A stretch of DNA of 64,000 nt from an uncultured Planctomycetota bacterium (GCA_963737655.1 CAVTTN010000002.1:7072001-7136000); one strand, 5' to 3'. Shown: positions 32,559 through 42,935, numbered from the stretch's first letter. Numbers and translations: made by a program. Notes: a model not told the origin generated them from the letters alone.

Positions 32559-34320
32559 ATGAAGGATCGAGCCTCGCTCCGTTCGGCCCTCTTCCTGGCC
32601 TGCCTCCTGGCCGGGCTCGGCTCCTCTGCGGGCCGGGCCCAGGACCGATTGGAGCCGATGCCGCTCCCGGCCGCGCCCGGCGCCGACTCGATCCCCTCGG
32701 CCGTCTCCCCCGACGTCCTCCGCTTCCTCGAAGCGAACCGCCGGGAGGAACGGCCGCCTCCTTCGAACGGGGCCCGGACGGCTCCCCCGTCCCGCCCCCC
32801 CTCGGATCGAGACGCCCGCGTCCCCGTCGAGCCTCCTCCCACCCCTGCCTCCGGCAACGCCCTCGCCGCTGTCGGACCGTCCGGCCTTGCCGGAGCCGCC
32901 GACGGAGGACGAGGAGATCCGCCTGCCGATCAACCTCGCCGCCGCGCTGAAGCTCTCCGACGCCCGTCCGCTGGTCGTCGCCTCGGCCCAGGCACGAACT
33001 TGGGTCGCCGAGGCCGAGCTCGCCCGCGCCAAGGTGCTCTGGGTCCCCGCCCTGAACGTCGCCTACGACTACGTCCGGCACGACGGCGGGGGGCCCGACT
33101 TCAACAAGGGGATCATCACCTCCCCGAGCGTCAACTTCACTTACGCCGGGGCCGGACTCTGGGCGTTCGTCTCCACGACCGATGCGATCTACAACCCCCT
33201 GGTCTCCCGCCGCCGACTCGACGCCCGCCACTACGACATCCAGGCGGCGAAGAACGACGCGTTGATGGAGACGGCCGACGCGTACTTCGCGGTCCACCGG
33301 GCGCGGGGGACGTACGCCGCGGCGCTGTACACCGTCGGCCGGGCGCGCTCGGTGGCCCAGCGGATCGCCGGTCTGAGCCGGGACCTGGCGCAGCCGTTCG
33401 AGGTGGACCGGGCGAGGAACATGCTGGCGGACCTGGAGCAGCAGGCGGTCTCGGCGCGCCAGGACTGGCGGGTGGACAGCGCCGCGGCTGACGCGGGTGC
33501 TGCGGCTGGACCCCCGGGCGGTGGTCGAGCCGCTGGAGCGCGACCACCTGCAGGTGACGCTGGTCGACCCGTCGCGGCGGCTCGACGAGCTGATGGCCGT
33601 CGCCCTGGACAACCGCCCGGAGCTCGGGTCGAGGAGGGCGTCGGTGTCGGCCTCCGAGGTCGCCGTCCGCCGCGAGAAGGCCCGGCCCTTCATCCCCAAC
33701 GGCATCCTCACGGGGTTCCAGTCGCCCGGGGGGATGCTCATCCAGGGGGGCGTCTTCGCGCTCGGCCCGAACAGCAGCTACGGCGAGACCATCGGCCGAG
33801 CCGACGTCAGCGTCCAGGCCATCTGGCAGCTCGAAGCCTTCGGGGTCGGCAACCTCGCGAGGATCAAGGCCGCGCGCGGGTCGCAGTCGAAGTCCATCAT
33901 CGACCTCCGGAACGCGCAGGACATGGTGGCGGAGGAGGTGGCGCAGGCGCACGCCCGGGCGCAGTCGTCGGCGGCGAGGCTGGTCCAGGCCGACCGGGCG
34001 CTGCGCACGGGGGTGGTGACGCTCAACGGCACGGTCGAGGGGCTGGAGCAGACGGTGCGTCTGGGGGGGACGTGCTGACGCTGGCGTCGCGTCCCCAGGA
34101 GGCGGTCTACGCGCTGCAGTTGCTGATGCGGGCGTTCACGGAGTACTTCGCCACGGTCGCCGAGTACAACCGGTCGCAGTTCGCGCTGTACCGGGCGCTG
34201 GGCTACCCGGCGCAGGAGCTGAGCGTGTCGAGGCCGCCGGGCGAGGCGTCGCCGACGCGGCTGGGCCGTCCGGGCTACCTGCCGCCGGTCGGCAACGGGC
34301 CCCCGCCCGCCACCCGATGA
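32559..34320 (+). CDS. TolC-family protein 2, with three apparent indels (~32860, 33483, ~34069)
   Basis: Paralogue of TolC 1; two of the indels are visible directly against identical blocks in copy 1. Confidence 0.82.
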
Positions 34321-34478
34321 GCGATGGCGATTTTCGTTCGAGAGTGGCGGTTGACAATTCGTAGGGCAGGCCTCGGCCTGCCGAGGAAGAGGCCCGGCCG
34401 AATGACAACCGCCGCGTTCCAGCGAAAACCGTCCGAGAAGGAACAGGGCAGGGGCGTGCCCCCGCAAGGAGAAATCGC

Positions 34479-35423
34479 GTGAATGATCACTTCACTGATG
34501 AGCAAAACCCACGGGCGGGCGGGCGGAACCTCGCGCCTCGGTCTGGGCCGGCCGTCCTGGTGGTGCTGGTCCTCGGCGTCTCGCTGGCGTCGGCCCGGGC
34601 CGGCGAACCTTCGGCGGATGGCCCCCCTCCGAAAGCGAAGTTCGGCCACAAGAGGAAGAAGGACGTCCAGACGCGCGGGACCCTCGGCTACGGCCCCCCG
34701 GGCCTCTTCCCGGGCTTCCCGGGGTTCGGCCTCCGCTACCATCCCGGCTACGGATTCGGCGGCTACGGCCTCGGGACGATGGCCGAAGGGGGCTTCCCCC
34801 ACTACGCCGGGACGGGGTATCCCCATCCTTCGCCCCCGTTGAATCGATTCGGCAAGATCCTCCCGACGACCTACCTCGGCGGCCCCCGGGGCCCCAACCC
34901 CGGCTGCCCGAACTTCTTCGCCCCGGTGGACTCGCTCCTCGTCGTCGACTCTCCGACGGCCGCCCTGGAGGATCTGGGGATGGGCCTGGGGCAGGGCACC
35001 GACTACGGATGCTACACCGGGGGCCTGCCCGCGGCCGAGGCCCGATTCGCCCCGTTCGCCTCGGCCGAGGCCGCCGGGGCGCCGTCGGGAGTGGGAGACG
35101 ACCGGCCCCCGGCCCCCCCGCTCGCCGCCCCTCCACCCTTCCCCGCCTCCCGAGGGGGGCAGGCCCTGGGCGTCTCGGTGATCCCGGCCGGCCCCCTCGA
35201 CGTCGGCGAGGGGCTGCTCCTTTCCAGGGTCGAGCGGGGCTCGGCCGCCGAGAGGGCCGGCCTCCGCCCGGGGGACGTCCTCCGGTCGATCGACGGCAAG
35301 CCACTCAAGACGGCCGACGACCTCTCCCGCGCCCTCGAGGCGTCCCCCGCCGGACCCTGGACTCTCCGGCTCCGCTCCGGCGCCGACGGCCAGGAACGCG
35401 AGATTTCGGTCCGGACCCCCTGA
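34479..35423 (+). CDS. Secreted G/P/Y-rich protein with a C-terminal PDZ domain
   Basis: Signal-like hydrophobic stretch; GLLLSRVERGSAAERAGLRPGDVLRSIDG. Confidence 0.75.
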   Translation: MNDHFTDEQNPRAGGRNLAPRSGPAVLVVLVLGVSLASARAGEPSADGPPPKAKFGHKRKKDVQTRGTLGYGPPGLFPGFPGFGLRYHPGYGFGGYGLGTMAEGGFPHYAGTGYPHPSPPLNRFGKILPTTYLGGPRGPNPGCPNFFAPVDSLLVVDSPTAALEDLGMGLGQGTDYGCYTGGLPAAEARFAPFASAEAAGAPSGVGDDRPPAPPLAAPPPFPASRGGQALGVSVIPAGPLDVGEGLLLSRVERGSAAERAGLRPGDVLRSIDGKPLKTADDLSRALEASPAGPWTLRLRSGADGQEREISVRTP

Positions 35424-35479
35424 CCCGCCGCGGGCGGGTGCTCGACGGAGTTCGAGAGGCCAATCGGCAGGTGTGCCCC

Positions 35480-36133
35480 ATGGATCGACGCTCAAGAAAG
35501 AAGTTCCGCCCGGGCCTGGCGAGGGTCGAGGCCCGGGTCTTGCCCGCCGCCCTGACCGCCGTGGATCCTCCCCACGCCGCGATCCCGAGCGCCTCGTCGG
35601 GATCGTCGGCCGTCACGATCTTCCGCATCACCAATCCCACCCCCACCAACGCGATCCTGGTGCCTCCGCTGGGGACCGTCCGGGTCCAGAAGGTCGAGCC
35701 GAAGGTCGGAGGAACCTACAACATCCTGTTCGTCACGATGAGGAACGGCACGAATCGCACCTACACCGCCGCGGACGACCTGAGCGTGACCACGACCGGG
35801 GACCCGCAGACCTTCCCGGTCCTGACCGGCGACCAGACGTGGAAGCCGAACCAGGTGCTGATTTTTTACCTGCTCTCGAAGAAATACTATCCGCTGAGCC
35901 CGCAATACTCGGCGGGCTTCGTGTTCCGGATCGACGGCTCGATCGGGACGGCCATCCCGGGGCCGTCCGGGATCTTCCTGGGCGTCCGATACAACCCGGC
36001 GACGATCGACCGCATCCTCAACTACGCGGCCATCAACGGGCCGAGGACCCGGGACGGCCTGCACCGCTTGGGCATCGGGGATACCGCCCTCTGGGAATTC
36101 AAGCCGGCGCGGGGGCCGGGCGCGTCTGGGTAG
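35480..36133 (+). CDS. Planctomycete extracellular protein (LEPR-xLL-like N-terminus)
   Basis: MDRRSRKKFRPGLARVEARVLPA followed by a beta-rich domain. Confidence 0.7.
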   Translation: MDRRSRKKFRPGLARVEARVLPAALTAVDPPHAAIPSASSGSSAVTIFRITNPTPTNAILVPPLGTVRVQKVEPKVGGTYNILFVTMRNGTNRTYTAADDLSVTTTGDPQTFPVLTGDQTWKPNQVLIFYLLSKKYYPLSPQYSAGFVFRIDGSIGTAIPGPSGIFLGVRYNPATIDRILNYAAINGPRTRDGLHRLGIGDTALWEFKPARGPGASG

Positions 36134-36302
36134 ACGATCGGCGGGGAATCCGAGCGTGAGCGAGCGGGCAGCCCGCCACGGCGTAGGGCGGACTCGCGTG
36201 ATGGCCACCGTCGAAACCTGCCAAACCCCTGTCCATCGCGGCGACGGACGAGCCGGCGAGGGATTTTCCAGGTTTCGGGCCGGAAACCCCGGGGCCGAGA
36301 TT

Positions 36303-36797
36303 TCACGGAGGAGGCGGCGGCCCCTCGGCGGCTGGGCCGGGGCCGGCGAACAGGGAGCCCTGGATCGCCGCCTCGGGCCTACCGGCCGAGGCCTCGGTGG
36401 GATCGCCCGGGGTTGCGGAGGGCAGTCGGGTCCACGCCGGGTCTCCGTCCCTCGACCAGGCGGACGTCCCCGGCGGCAGGGCCTCGGCCGGGGCGACCTC
36501 CAGGACCCGCAGCGTCCCGGGCCTCTCGCCCACCAGGGCCCACAGCCGCCCGGAGCGATCGGCCGGCGGCCACCCCCTTCGCTCCGGCGGGGGCGGGCGG
36601 TATGCAACGTCGAGCCAGGTCGAGACGTCCCCGAGGTCCTCGCTGGCCGCTTGGGGTGGGGGCCGCCGCACCCCTCGCCCCGGCCTCCGAATCGCTGTCG
36701 ATGCGGGTGTGGGGCCGGGCGCGGGAGCCGATGTTCGGGACCCGGGGCCCCGGGTTGCCCCTCCGTACTGGGCCAGGAACGTCGCGAGGTAGGACAT
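36303..36797 (-). CDS. Hypothetical protein of the integrative element
   Basis: MSYLATFLAQY start 4 bp after the DUF3987 stop. Confidence 0.5.
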   Translation of the reverse strand: MSYLATFLAQYGGATRGPGSRTSAPAPGPTPASTAIRRPGRGVRRPPPQAASEDLGDVSTWLDVAYRPPPPERRGWPPADRSGRLWALVGERPGTLRVLEVAPAEALPPGTSAWSRDGDPAWTRLPSATPGDPTEASAGRPEAAIQGSLFAGPGPAAEGPPPPP

Positions 36798-36800
36798 GCC

Positions 36801-38603
36801 TCACCCCCCGGCCCTCGGGTTGAGGAAGTAGTCCACCGTCGGCCGGCCCCCGAGGGCCGACGCCCGCTCCACGCCGATCACCCACCCCTCCCGCTCCAGC
36901 CGGGCCAACGCCGCGTGGGCGGCCTCGGCCGAGTCCAGGCCCGACCAGCCCCGCTGGGAGACCTGGCGGGCCGTGAAGGGGCCGGGCAACTCGCCCCGCC
37001 GCAGCCGCTCGGCCAGCAGCCGGGCCGGGGCGGAGTCCCCCTCGCCCGCCAGGTCGTAGACCCGCCGGGCATGGGCCTCCAGGACCTCGCACCAGGCCGC
37101 CGCCGCGGACGCCGCCCGGTGCGAGATCGGCCCCGGCGGAGACGCCCCATCGACGACGTCCACCACATGGAAGAGCAAGGCCAGCGACGGAAACAGGCTC
37201 CGATACTTGGCCAGGTGGCTCTCGATCAGCGGCGACTCGTGCTCGGCCCGGAGCTTCACGTTCTCGAGATTCTCTCGCCAGCCGTCGAAGAGGTCCTGGG
37301 CCTCGGGGGAGAATCGCAGGTAGGGGATCTCCTCGGGGCCGTCGGACTCCGCCCCGATCGCCGCCGGGTCCAGGCCGTCCAGGGCCCGGAAGACCGCGAA
37401 GGCCCGATCCTTGGCCTCCTTGTCCGGCCGGCGATCGACGTTCACCCAGGGGCCGCCGGGATCCGGCATGACCAGGATCTGGAGCCGCGAGACCAGGCCG
37501 TCGTGCTCGTCGCCCCGGGCCGCCGCGCGGAGCATCCGGGCCGGCGGGCCGGGCTGGATGCCCCCGAGGAGCGAGACGCAGGCCGCCTCGATCCGGACCG
37601 TGCCGCGGCCGATCCGGTCGTAGGTGAATGACCCGTCGCCGTTCCACGCCTCGAGGTAGAAGGCCCGATCGGCCTCGCGGCCGGGCTTCTCGAGGCCGGC
37701 GAAGAAGCCGGTCAGCTCGTCGCGGAGGACCAGGACGCCGTCGGGGTTGTCCCGAAGGAGTTCGCCGAGCTTCTCGACGGTCGGGTCGTTCGTGACGTAC
37801 CGCGGCTCGGGGGGCGGCTCCGGCGCCTCGGCCGAGGCCGCCAGGGCCAGCTCGGCGACGTCGGAATCGGCTTTCTTCTGCCTGGCGGCCTTCTTCAGCT
37901 CGTCCTTGGCGGCCGAGGCCCTGGCCTCGAACACGAGGATCTCCGCATTCGAGCGGGCCGCGGCCTCGCGGTGCCGGTCCCGGGCCTCCACCTCCAGCCG
38001 CCTCAGCGGCCTCAGCGCCTCGGCCATCGCCGGCGTCTTCAGCGCCCCGGGCGGCCCGACGATCGCGCCCCAGAGGTTGGGCACCACGGTCCAGTCGTCG
38101 TGACGCTTGGGCCGGGCGCCGACCCGGCGGCCGACGACCGCGGCCAGGGCGACCACGGCGACCGCGGCGGGGTACTCCGGGGGGCATCCGATCCGCTCGG
38201 CGACGTCCACGATCCAGCCCCGCAGCGGCACCGGGACCAGGGCCGGGTCGAGCGGCGGGACCGGCAGCCGCCTGTCGGCGATCGGCCGGGGCTCCGGCGG
38301 GCCGCCCTCCATCGCGCCGAACGGATCGGCCCCGACGGCCTCCGCGACCGCGGCCCCCCTCGACTTCTTTCGGTCGGCGATCTGCACCAAGGCCTCCCTG
38401 ATCTCCTCGGGATCGATCGCGGCGTACTCCCGTTGCAGGGCCAGGGCGAAGCGGTCGCGGTCGGCGGCGAGGGCGGGGTCGATCGCGTCGACGTGCAGGA
38501 TCCGATCCCCGAACCGGGCGGTGACCCGGGTCAGGCCGGTCCGGGGGTCGGGCACGTGCTCGAGCCTGAGGGTCGCCCCGGCCGGTGCGGTGGGGTCGGT
38601 CAC
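36801..38603 (-). CDS. DUF3987 (YfjI-like) replication/helicase-like protein
   Basis: VVPNLWGAIVGPPGALKTP, TVEKLGELL, RDELTGF, FYLEAWNG and LLGGIQP; GTG start overlaps the primase stop. Confidence 0.85.
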   Translation of the reverse strand: MTDPTAPAGATLRLEHVPDPRTGLTRVTARFGDRILHVDAIDPALAADRDRFALALQREYAAIDPEEIREALVQIADRKKSRGAAVAEAVGADPFGAMEGGPPEPRPIADRRLPVPPLDPALVPVPLRGWIVDVAERIGCPPEYPAAVAVVALAAVVGRRVGARPKRHDDWTVVPNLWGAIVGPPGALKTPAMAEALRPLRRLEVEARDRHREAAARSNAEILVFEARASAAKDELKKAARQKKADSDVAELALAASAEAPEPPPEPRYVTNDPTVEKLGELLRDNPDGVLVLRDELTGFFAGLEKPGREADRAFYLEAWNGDGSFTYDRIGRGTVRIEAACVSLLGGIQPGPPARMLRAAARGDEHDGLVSRLQILVMPDPGGPWVNVDRRPDKEAKDRAFAVFRALDGLDPAAIGAESDGPEEIPYLRFSPEAQDLFDGWRENLENVKLRAEHESPLIESHLAKYRSLFPSLALLFHVVDVVDGASPPGPISHRAASAAAAWCEVLEAHARRVYDLAGEGDSAPARLLAERLRRGELPGPFTARQVSQRGWSGLDSAEAAHAALARLEREGWVIGVERASALGGRPTVDYFLNPRAGG

Positions 38604-39480
38604 ATGGTCCTCCCGTCGGCCACGACGACCGAGAGCCGGTGGACCTCGGCCCGGGCGATGGCCGCCTCGACGTCGGCGGGCGTGGCGCCCCGGCGGACCC
38701 ACTCCCGGGCGTCGTTGACCCCGTCCGGCGGGGTAATCAGGCGCACCTCGGGGACGTGGAGGACCAGGGCCTGCACGGCCGCCAGGGCCCCGTCGCGGCC
38801 GGCCGGATCGTCGTCCGCGACGACGACGACCCGGCCGGGGCGGTGGCGGCGGCCCAGGTCGGCCAGCAGCCGGCCGCCGCACCGCGCCCCGGGCCGGCCG
38901 ACGACGACGAAGCCCAGGTCGAGCAGGGCGGCCGCGTCGGTCGTGCCCTCGGCCAGGAGCCAGGGCGAGCGATCGAGGCCGGGATCCTCGGGCAGGAACA
39001 GGCCGTTGCGGCCCCCCCGATCGCGAACTTGTGCCCGGCCCTGGACCGCAGGCGGAGGCCGACGACGCGGCCGTCGGCGTCAAGCATCGGGAACGACCAG
39101 GCCGAGTCCGCCCGGGACCAGCCGAGGCCGAGCCGTCGGAGCGACCCGGCCGAGACGCCCAGCTCCCGGGCCAGCCGGTCGACCGCGGCCGGGTCGGCGT
39201 CCCGGCGGCAGCGGCGGTCGCGGCGGCCCCACCGCTCGGGGTCGTCCGGGGCGTGCAGGCGGAGTTCGACGGCTCCGCCGGGGCGGCCCCGGTCCCGATC
39301 CGTGGGGGACAGGACGTGGAGATAGCCGGCTTCGCCGACCATCTTGACCGCACTGTCTGGGGTCCGGGGGCAGATCGCGGCGGATCCGTCCGGCCGAACC
39401 AGGCACCAGTCGGCCCGGCCGCAGATGGGGCAGGGCCGCTCCCGGTTCACCCGCACCATCTTCGAGTGGATGTGGCTCAT
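38600..39480 (-). CDS. Zn-finger plus Toprim primase-like protein, frameshift at ~39015
   Basis: CPICGRADWC..AICPR; after the shift LAEGTTDAAAL, VVADDD and GVNDAREW. Confidence 0.75.
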
Positions 39481-39890
39481 CGGGCCGTCCTCCCCCGGGC
39501 CGACCGGCGGCGGGGCCCGTCGGTCCGGGCGGGCGACGGCCCGGCGACCGGGAAACCCAGAGCTTCCAGGGCCCGGCCGGCCCGGTCGCCCTCGGGCCGG
39601 GTCCCCGGGGCGGCCGGGGCGTCGCCGGGCGCCAGCGCGGCCACGAACGCCTCGACGGCCCGGACGGTCGTGACCCACCCGCCGGGGGTCCGCGCGCCCC
39701 AGAGTCGGAGCCTCGTCCCGTCGGGCCGGGGCACGCCGTGCTGCATCATCCGGACAATGCGCGACGGGTGGGTCGGCACCGGCCGGGGGACGCCGTCGGG
39801 GCCGATGCGGCGCCGCGCCGGCGGGAAGAGGCGGGCGGCATCGGCCGCCGGAATCAGGGGGCCGTCGGCCTCGAGCGAATACGTCGACAT
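39477..39890 (-). CDS. DUF1580-like HTH (excisionase-like) protein
   Basis: LIPAADAARLFP..IVRMMQHGV..DGTRLRL..GGWVTTVRAVEAF. Confidence 0.7.
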   Translation of the reverse strand: MSTYSLEADGPLIPAADAARLFPPARRRIGPDGVPRPVPTHPSRIVRMMQHGVPRPDGTRLRLWGARTPGGWVTTVRAVEAFVAALAPGDAPAAPGTRPEGDRAGRALEALGFPVAGPSPARTDGPRRRSARGRTAR

Positions 39891-39938
39891 CCGGTCCTCC
39901 GCGGGTCGAGTCGGGGAGACGTCATGGGACGCGTCCCA

Positions 39939-41021
39939 TCATCGCCCGACGCGGAGTGCCCCCGCGCGAGTTCGCTCGAGTTCGCTCGAGTGCCTTGGCG
40001 GGCTACCGACCTGCTTCGCCCCTGGGCGAGAATCGGTGCCTGTCTCGATCCCCCAGGTCCAGGAGACGAACTCTGATACTCTGCCTGTTTATTTCTCTCA
40101 CCTTGAATTCACCATCATTGCATAATTGTTTGAATGATTTTTTCTTCTATTCTTGGGAACTCGAGGCAGCAACAAGTTGGCCGCCTCGTCGACCGTCATC
40201 GGGATGCTGTACGCTTCCTGTCCGTCCTCGGGTCCCGGGGCCGGCCGCCGCTCGACCTTCGCCTTGGCCAGGAGCCGGTCGATCGCCACGATCGAGCAAC
40301 GTCTCAGGTCCCGCGTGAGCCACAGGTAATTCTGGCCCGCCGGGAAGTCCGCCTGCTCCAGGCCCCAGGCCTCGAACTCACGCCGCGAGCGGAATGGCGG
40401 CCGGGGCGGGCCCTTGATCCAGAGCGACTCGTCGGCCGGCAGGGTCAACCCGCCGACCCCGTGGAGCAGGCCCTCGTGGTCCCACGCGATGTCGTACAGG
40501 GCGATCAGCCAGTCCAGGTGAGCTCCCTCCGGGCGCAGGAAGGCGGGCTTCGTGAACGGCCGATACCCGCCCTCGTGGAGGTCCGAGAACCGCTCGCAGG
40601 CCTCCGCCGCGTGCCTCGCCAGGGCCTTGAATTCGGAAAGGGCCCCTTGGTCCGCCTCCCGGCCGCTGAAGACGTGGGCCACCCCCCGATCGAACCCCGC
40701 AAACCGCGTCACCTCGCCGAGGCCCAGCGGCACGACGCCCGCGAGGACCAGGCGGGGCTCCGGCAAGGTGGCCAGGACCCGGCCCAGGCCCCGGGCGTCG
40801 GCCAGGCCGAGGTCCCCGGTCCCGGCCGCCATCGCATGCCGCAGGATCGACGCCGGATCCCGGACGAGCTCAAGCTCGAACTCGTCACGGATCCCGCGGA
40901 GCCGGTCCGCGGCCTCCGCCATGGCCGCGGCGCTCGCACGCCTCGCGGCCGCCGGGCCTCCCCGATCCGTCGAGATCCGCCCCGGCCCGCTCGCCCTCCT
41001 CGCCCGCCCGTCCCCGGCCAT
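39939..41021 (-). CDS. Hypothetical protein with a probable C-terminal winged-HTH (restored by one extra A at ~40140)
   Basis: ORF from 41021 with an RBS; SIPMTVDEAANLL continues as RRKKSFKQLCNDGEFKVREINRQSIRVRL in the shifted frame. Confidence 0.55.
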
Positions 41022-41126
41022 GGCCCCCTCCCCCTCGTCGGGGCCGGCCGGTCCCCTCGCCGGCCCCGCCGCTCGCACCTCGAGTCCCCGCCCGGGGCCG
41101 TCCCCGGCCCCGGGGCCGTCCCCCGA

Positions 41127-42317
41127 TCAGCCCACCTCGGCCGCGATGGCCCGCGCCTTGGCCAGGTCCCTCTCGGCGTAGACCTGCGTCAAGTCGGCCC
41201 GCGCGTGCCCCAGCACCACCTGCGCCGCCTCCAGGCCGTACCTCGACCGCAGGGCCGTCGCCGCCGAGTGCCGCAGTTGGAGCGGCGACCACGCCGGCAC
41301 CCCCGCCCGGCGGCACGCCCGCACGATCGCCTGCCTGTACGTCCGTCGATCGTACCCCGGGCGGCCGCCCGCGCCGAGGCCCGGTGACCGCCGGGCGACC
41401 TCCGACGGCGTCGGCCGGGTCCGCCGGGCCTCGCCCCGCCGGCGATGGTGCTCGGCGACCGCGTCGCGCGGGCTGAAGAGGGGCTCCTCCGGGTCGTCCC
41501 TCAGGAACGGCCGCGGCACCTCCTGGGCCCGGGGACCCAGCGGGATGACCCGCTCCCGCCCCCGCCAGGCCGTCTTGTGCGCCGCCGGGCGGTACTCCCA
41601 GGCCGGCCCGTCCCGCCCCAGGTCGCATCCCCGGATCGCCATCGCCTCGCCGGCCCGGCACCCGGTCAGGAGCTGGAGTTGGACCATCGCCGCCACCGGC
41701 CGGGTCAGGAGCGGCAGGACCGCCTCGACGTGCTCCACGGGCACCGGGCCGACCGGTTCGGGTTCCGGCGCCGCGGTCCGCCCGCGCTGGAGGCCGGCGA
41801 GGGTGTCCAGGGCGCGGGCGACCTCGGCCGGGACGAGCTCCGCCGAGGCCGCCCAGCGGAAGGCGCGGCGGATCCGGTGGACCCGGGCGTTGACGGTGGT
41901 GCGGGCCAGGCCCGAGGCCACCATCGCCTCGCGGACGGCCCGCAGGGCCAGCGGGCCGAACTCCGCGGCGGGGGTGCGGCCGTAGGCGGCGACGAGCGGG
42001 CCGAGGGCGTCGCGGAGGTTGGCCAGCTCGCCGGTGGGCCGGCCGTCGGGGCCGCGATAGTGGACCTCGGCGTGCCTCCAGAAGGCCAGGACCAGCTCGT
42101 TGACCGAGGCGGAGGCGGCCGCCGGGCGGGCCGGGCCGGCGGCCGCCTCGGCCCGCGACGAGGCGAGCCACTCGGCGATCAGCCGGCGGTACTTCTCGCG
42201 GCTCTCCTCGGAGCCGTAGCGGCCGAGGTAGTGGTCGCGGCCGTCGAGCCGGACGACGGCGAGGTCCTTGGGGAGGTAGTGGCGGTACTTGGGGATGCGG
42301 GGGATGGGGTGGGGCAT
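41127..42317 (-). CDS. Tyrosine recombinase (phage integrase)
   Basis: TGCRAGE, HKT, QLRHSAAT and VLGH..TQVY; N-terminal arm-binding domain AVVRLDGRDHYLG. Confidence 0.93.
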   Translation of the reverse strand: MPHPIPRIPKYRHYLPKDLAVVRLDGRDHYLGRYGSEESREKYRRLIAEWLASSRAEAAAGPARPAAASASVNELVLAFWRHAEVHYRGPDGRPTGELANLRDALGPLVAAYGRTPAAEFGPLALRAVREAMVASGLARTTVNARVHRIRRAFRWAASAELVPAEVARALDTLAGLQRGRTAAPEPEPVGPVPVEHVEAVLPLLTRPVAAMVQLQLLTGCRAGEAMAIRGCDLGRDGPAWEYRPAAHKTAWRGRERVIPLGPRAQEVPRPFLRDDPEEPLFSPRDAVAEHHRRRGEARRTRPTPSEVARRSPGLGAGGRPGYDRRTYRQAIVRACRRAGVPAWSPLQLRHSAATALRSRYGLEAAQVVLGHARADLTQVYAERDLAKARAIAAEVG

Positions 42318-42445
42318 GGTACGGACGCCGGACGGGGCCAGGGCAGCCCGGTAGTACCGGTACTACCCGCCTGGCTCATCCGATCCGCACCGCCGACCGC
42401 CGGCGGTTGAGCAGAACGATCATCGACTGCTCGACTTACGTCAAG

Positions 42446-42489
42446 AGCGGGCGAGGGGATTCGAACCCCTGACGTCCAGCTTGGGAAGC
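42446..42489 (-). other. 3' half of tRNA-Gly(CCC); att core
   Basis: The minus strand reads GCTTCCCAAGCTGGACGTCAGGGGTTCGAATCCCCTCGCCCGCT; 5' half absent; ~130 bp before the integrase start. Confidence 0.82.
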
Positions 42490-42703
42490 GGGTCGTCACC
42501 CGCCCCGAAAATCGACGGAATGCCTTCCTACGAAGCAATATACCGCGATGCCCAGCGATTGCAAGCCGACGCATCCGATGGCGAAATGCTGCGGATTTCT
42601 TGAGTACGGGGCCGGTAAGTGAGTACAAAGTGAGTACGGCCCTTCGCCCGGGTGGCCGGGAGATTCGCGGCATTTCGCCAGCCGGAACGGTTGTCATTCG
42701 GTC

Positions 42704-42935
42704 GTCGTGGACGCCGCGTCCACAATGCGCTTTGACGTCCCCCGGCCCGCGGTCGGCCTCAGGCCCGCCGGCCGAGCAGGTCGGCCAGGGACATCCGGGC
42801 CTCCGCGTCCGTCGAGTCGAGGAACGTCCCCTCGAGCCCCCGCCCCAGGAGGGCCCGGTAGGGATGGGTGGAAGCCGCTTCCACCCCGCCGAGTCCCCGG
42901 CCTCGGTTGAGTCGTGGGAGGCCCGGCCATCGATC
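42704..42935 (+). repeat. ~230-bp repeat, copy 1, with two GTGGA(C/A)GCNGC(G/T)TCCAC palindromes
   Basis: Aligns by eye with 55867-56103; palindromes at 42707 and 42868. Confidence 0.8.

Larger units (their letters stand above)
36303..42489 (-). mobile_element. Phage-satellite/PICI-like integrative element at a tRNA-Gly 3' half
   Basis: Co-oriented integrase, HTH protein, DUF1580, Toprim primase, DUF3987 and a small ORF; distal boundary not found. Confidence 0.7.

Noticed and set aside
34351..34382. TTGACA sigma70 promoter before the PDZ gene
   Set aside because: No -10 element at the right spacing. The adjacent GTAG-GGCAGGC-CTCG-GCCTGCC hairpin is single-copy here and cannot be assigned as a REP or terminator.
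36162..36169. GAGCGGGC as the distal att of the satellite-like element
   Set aside because: Only an 8-bp match in very GC-rich DNA; likely chance.
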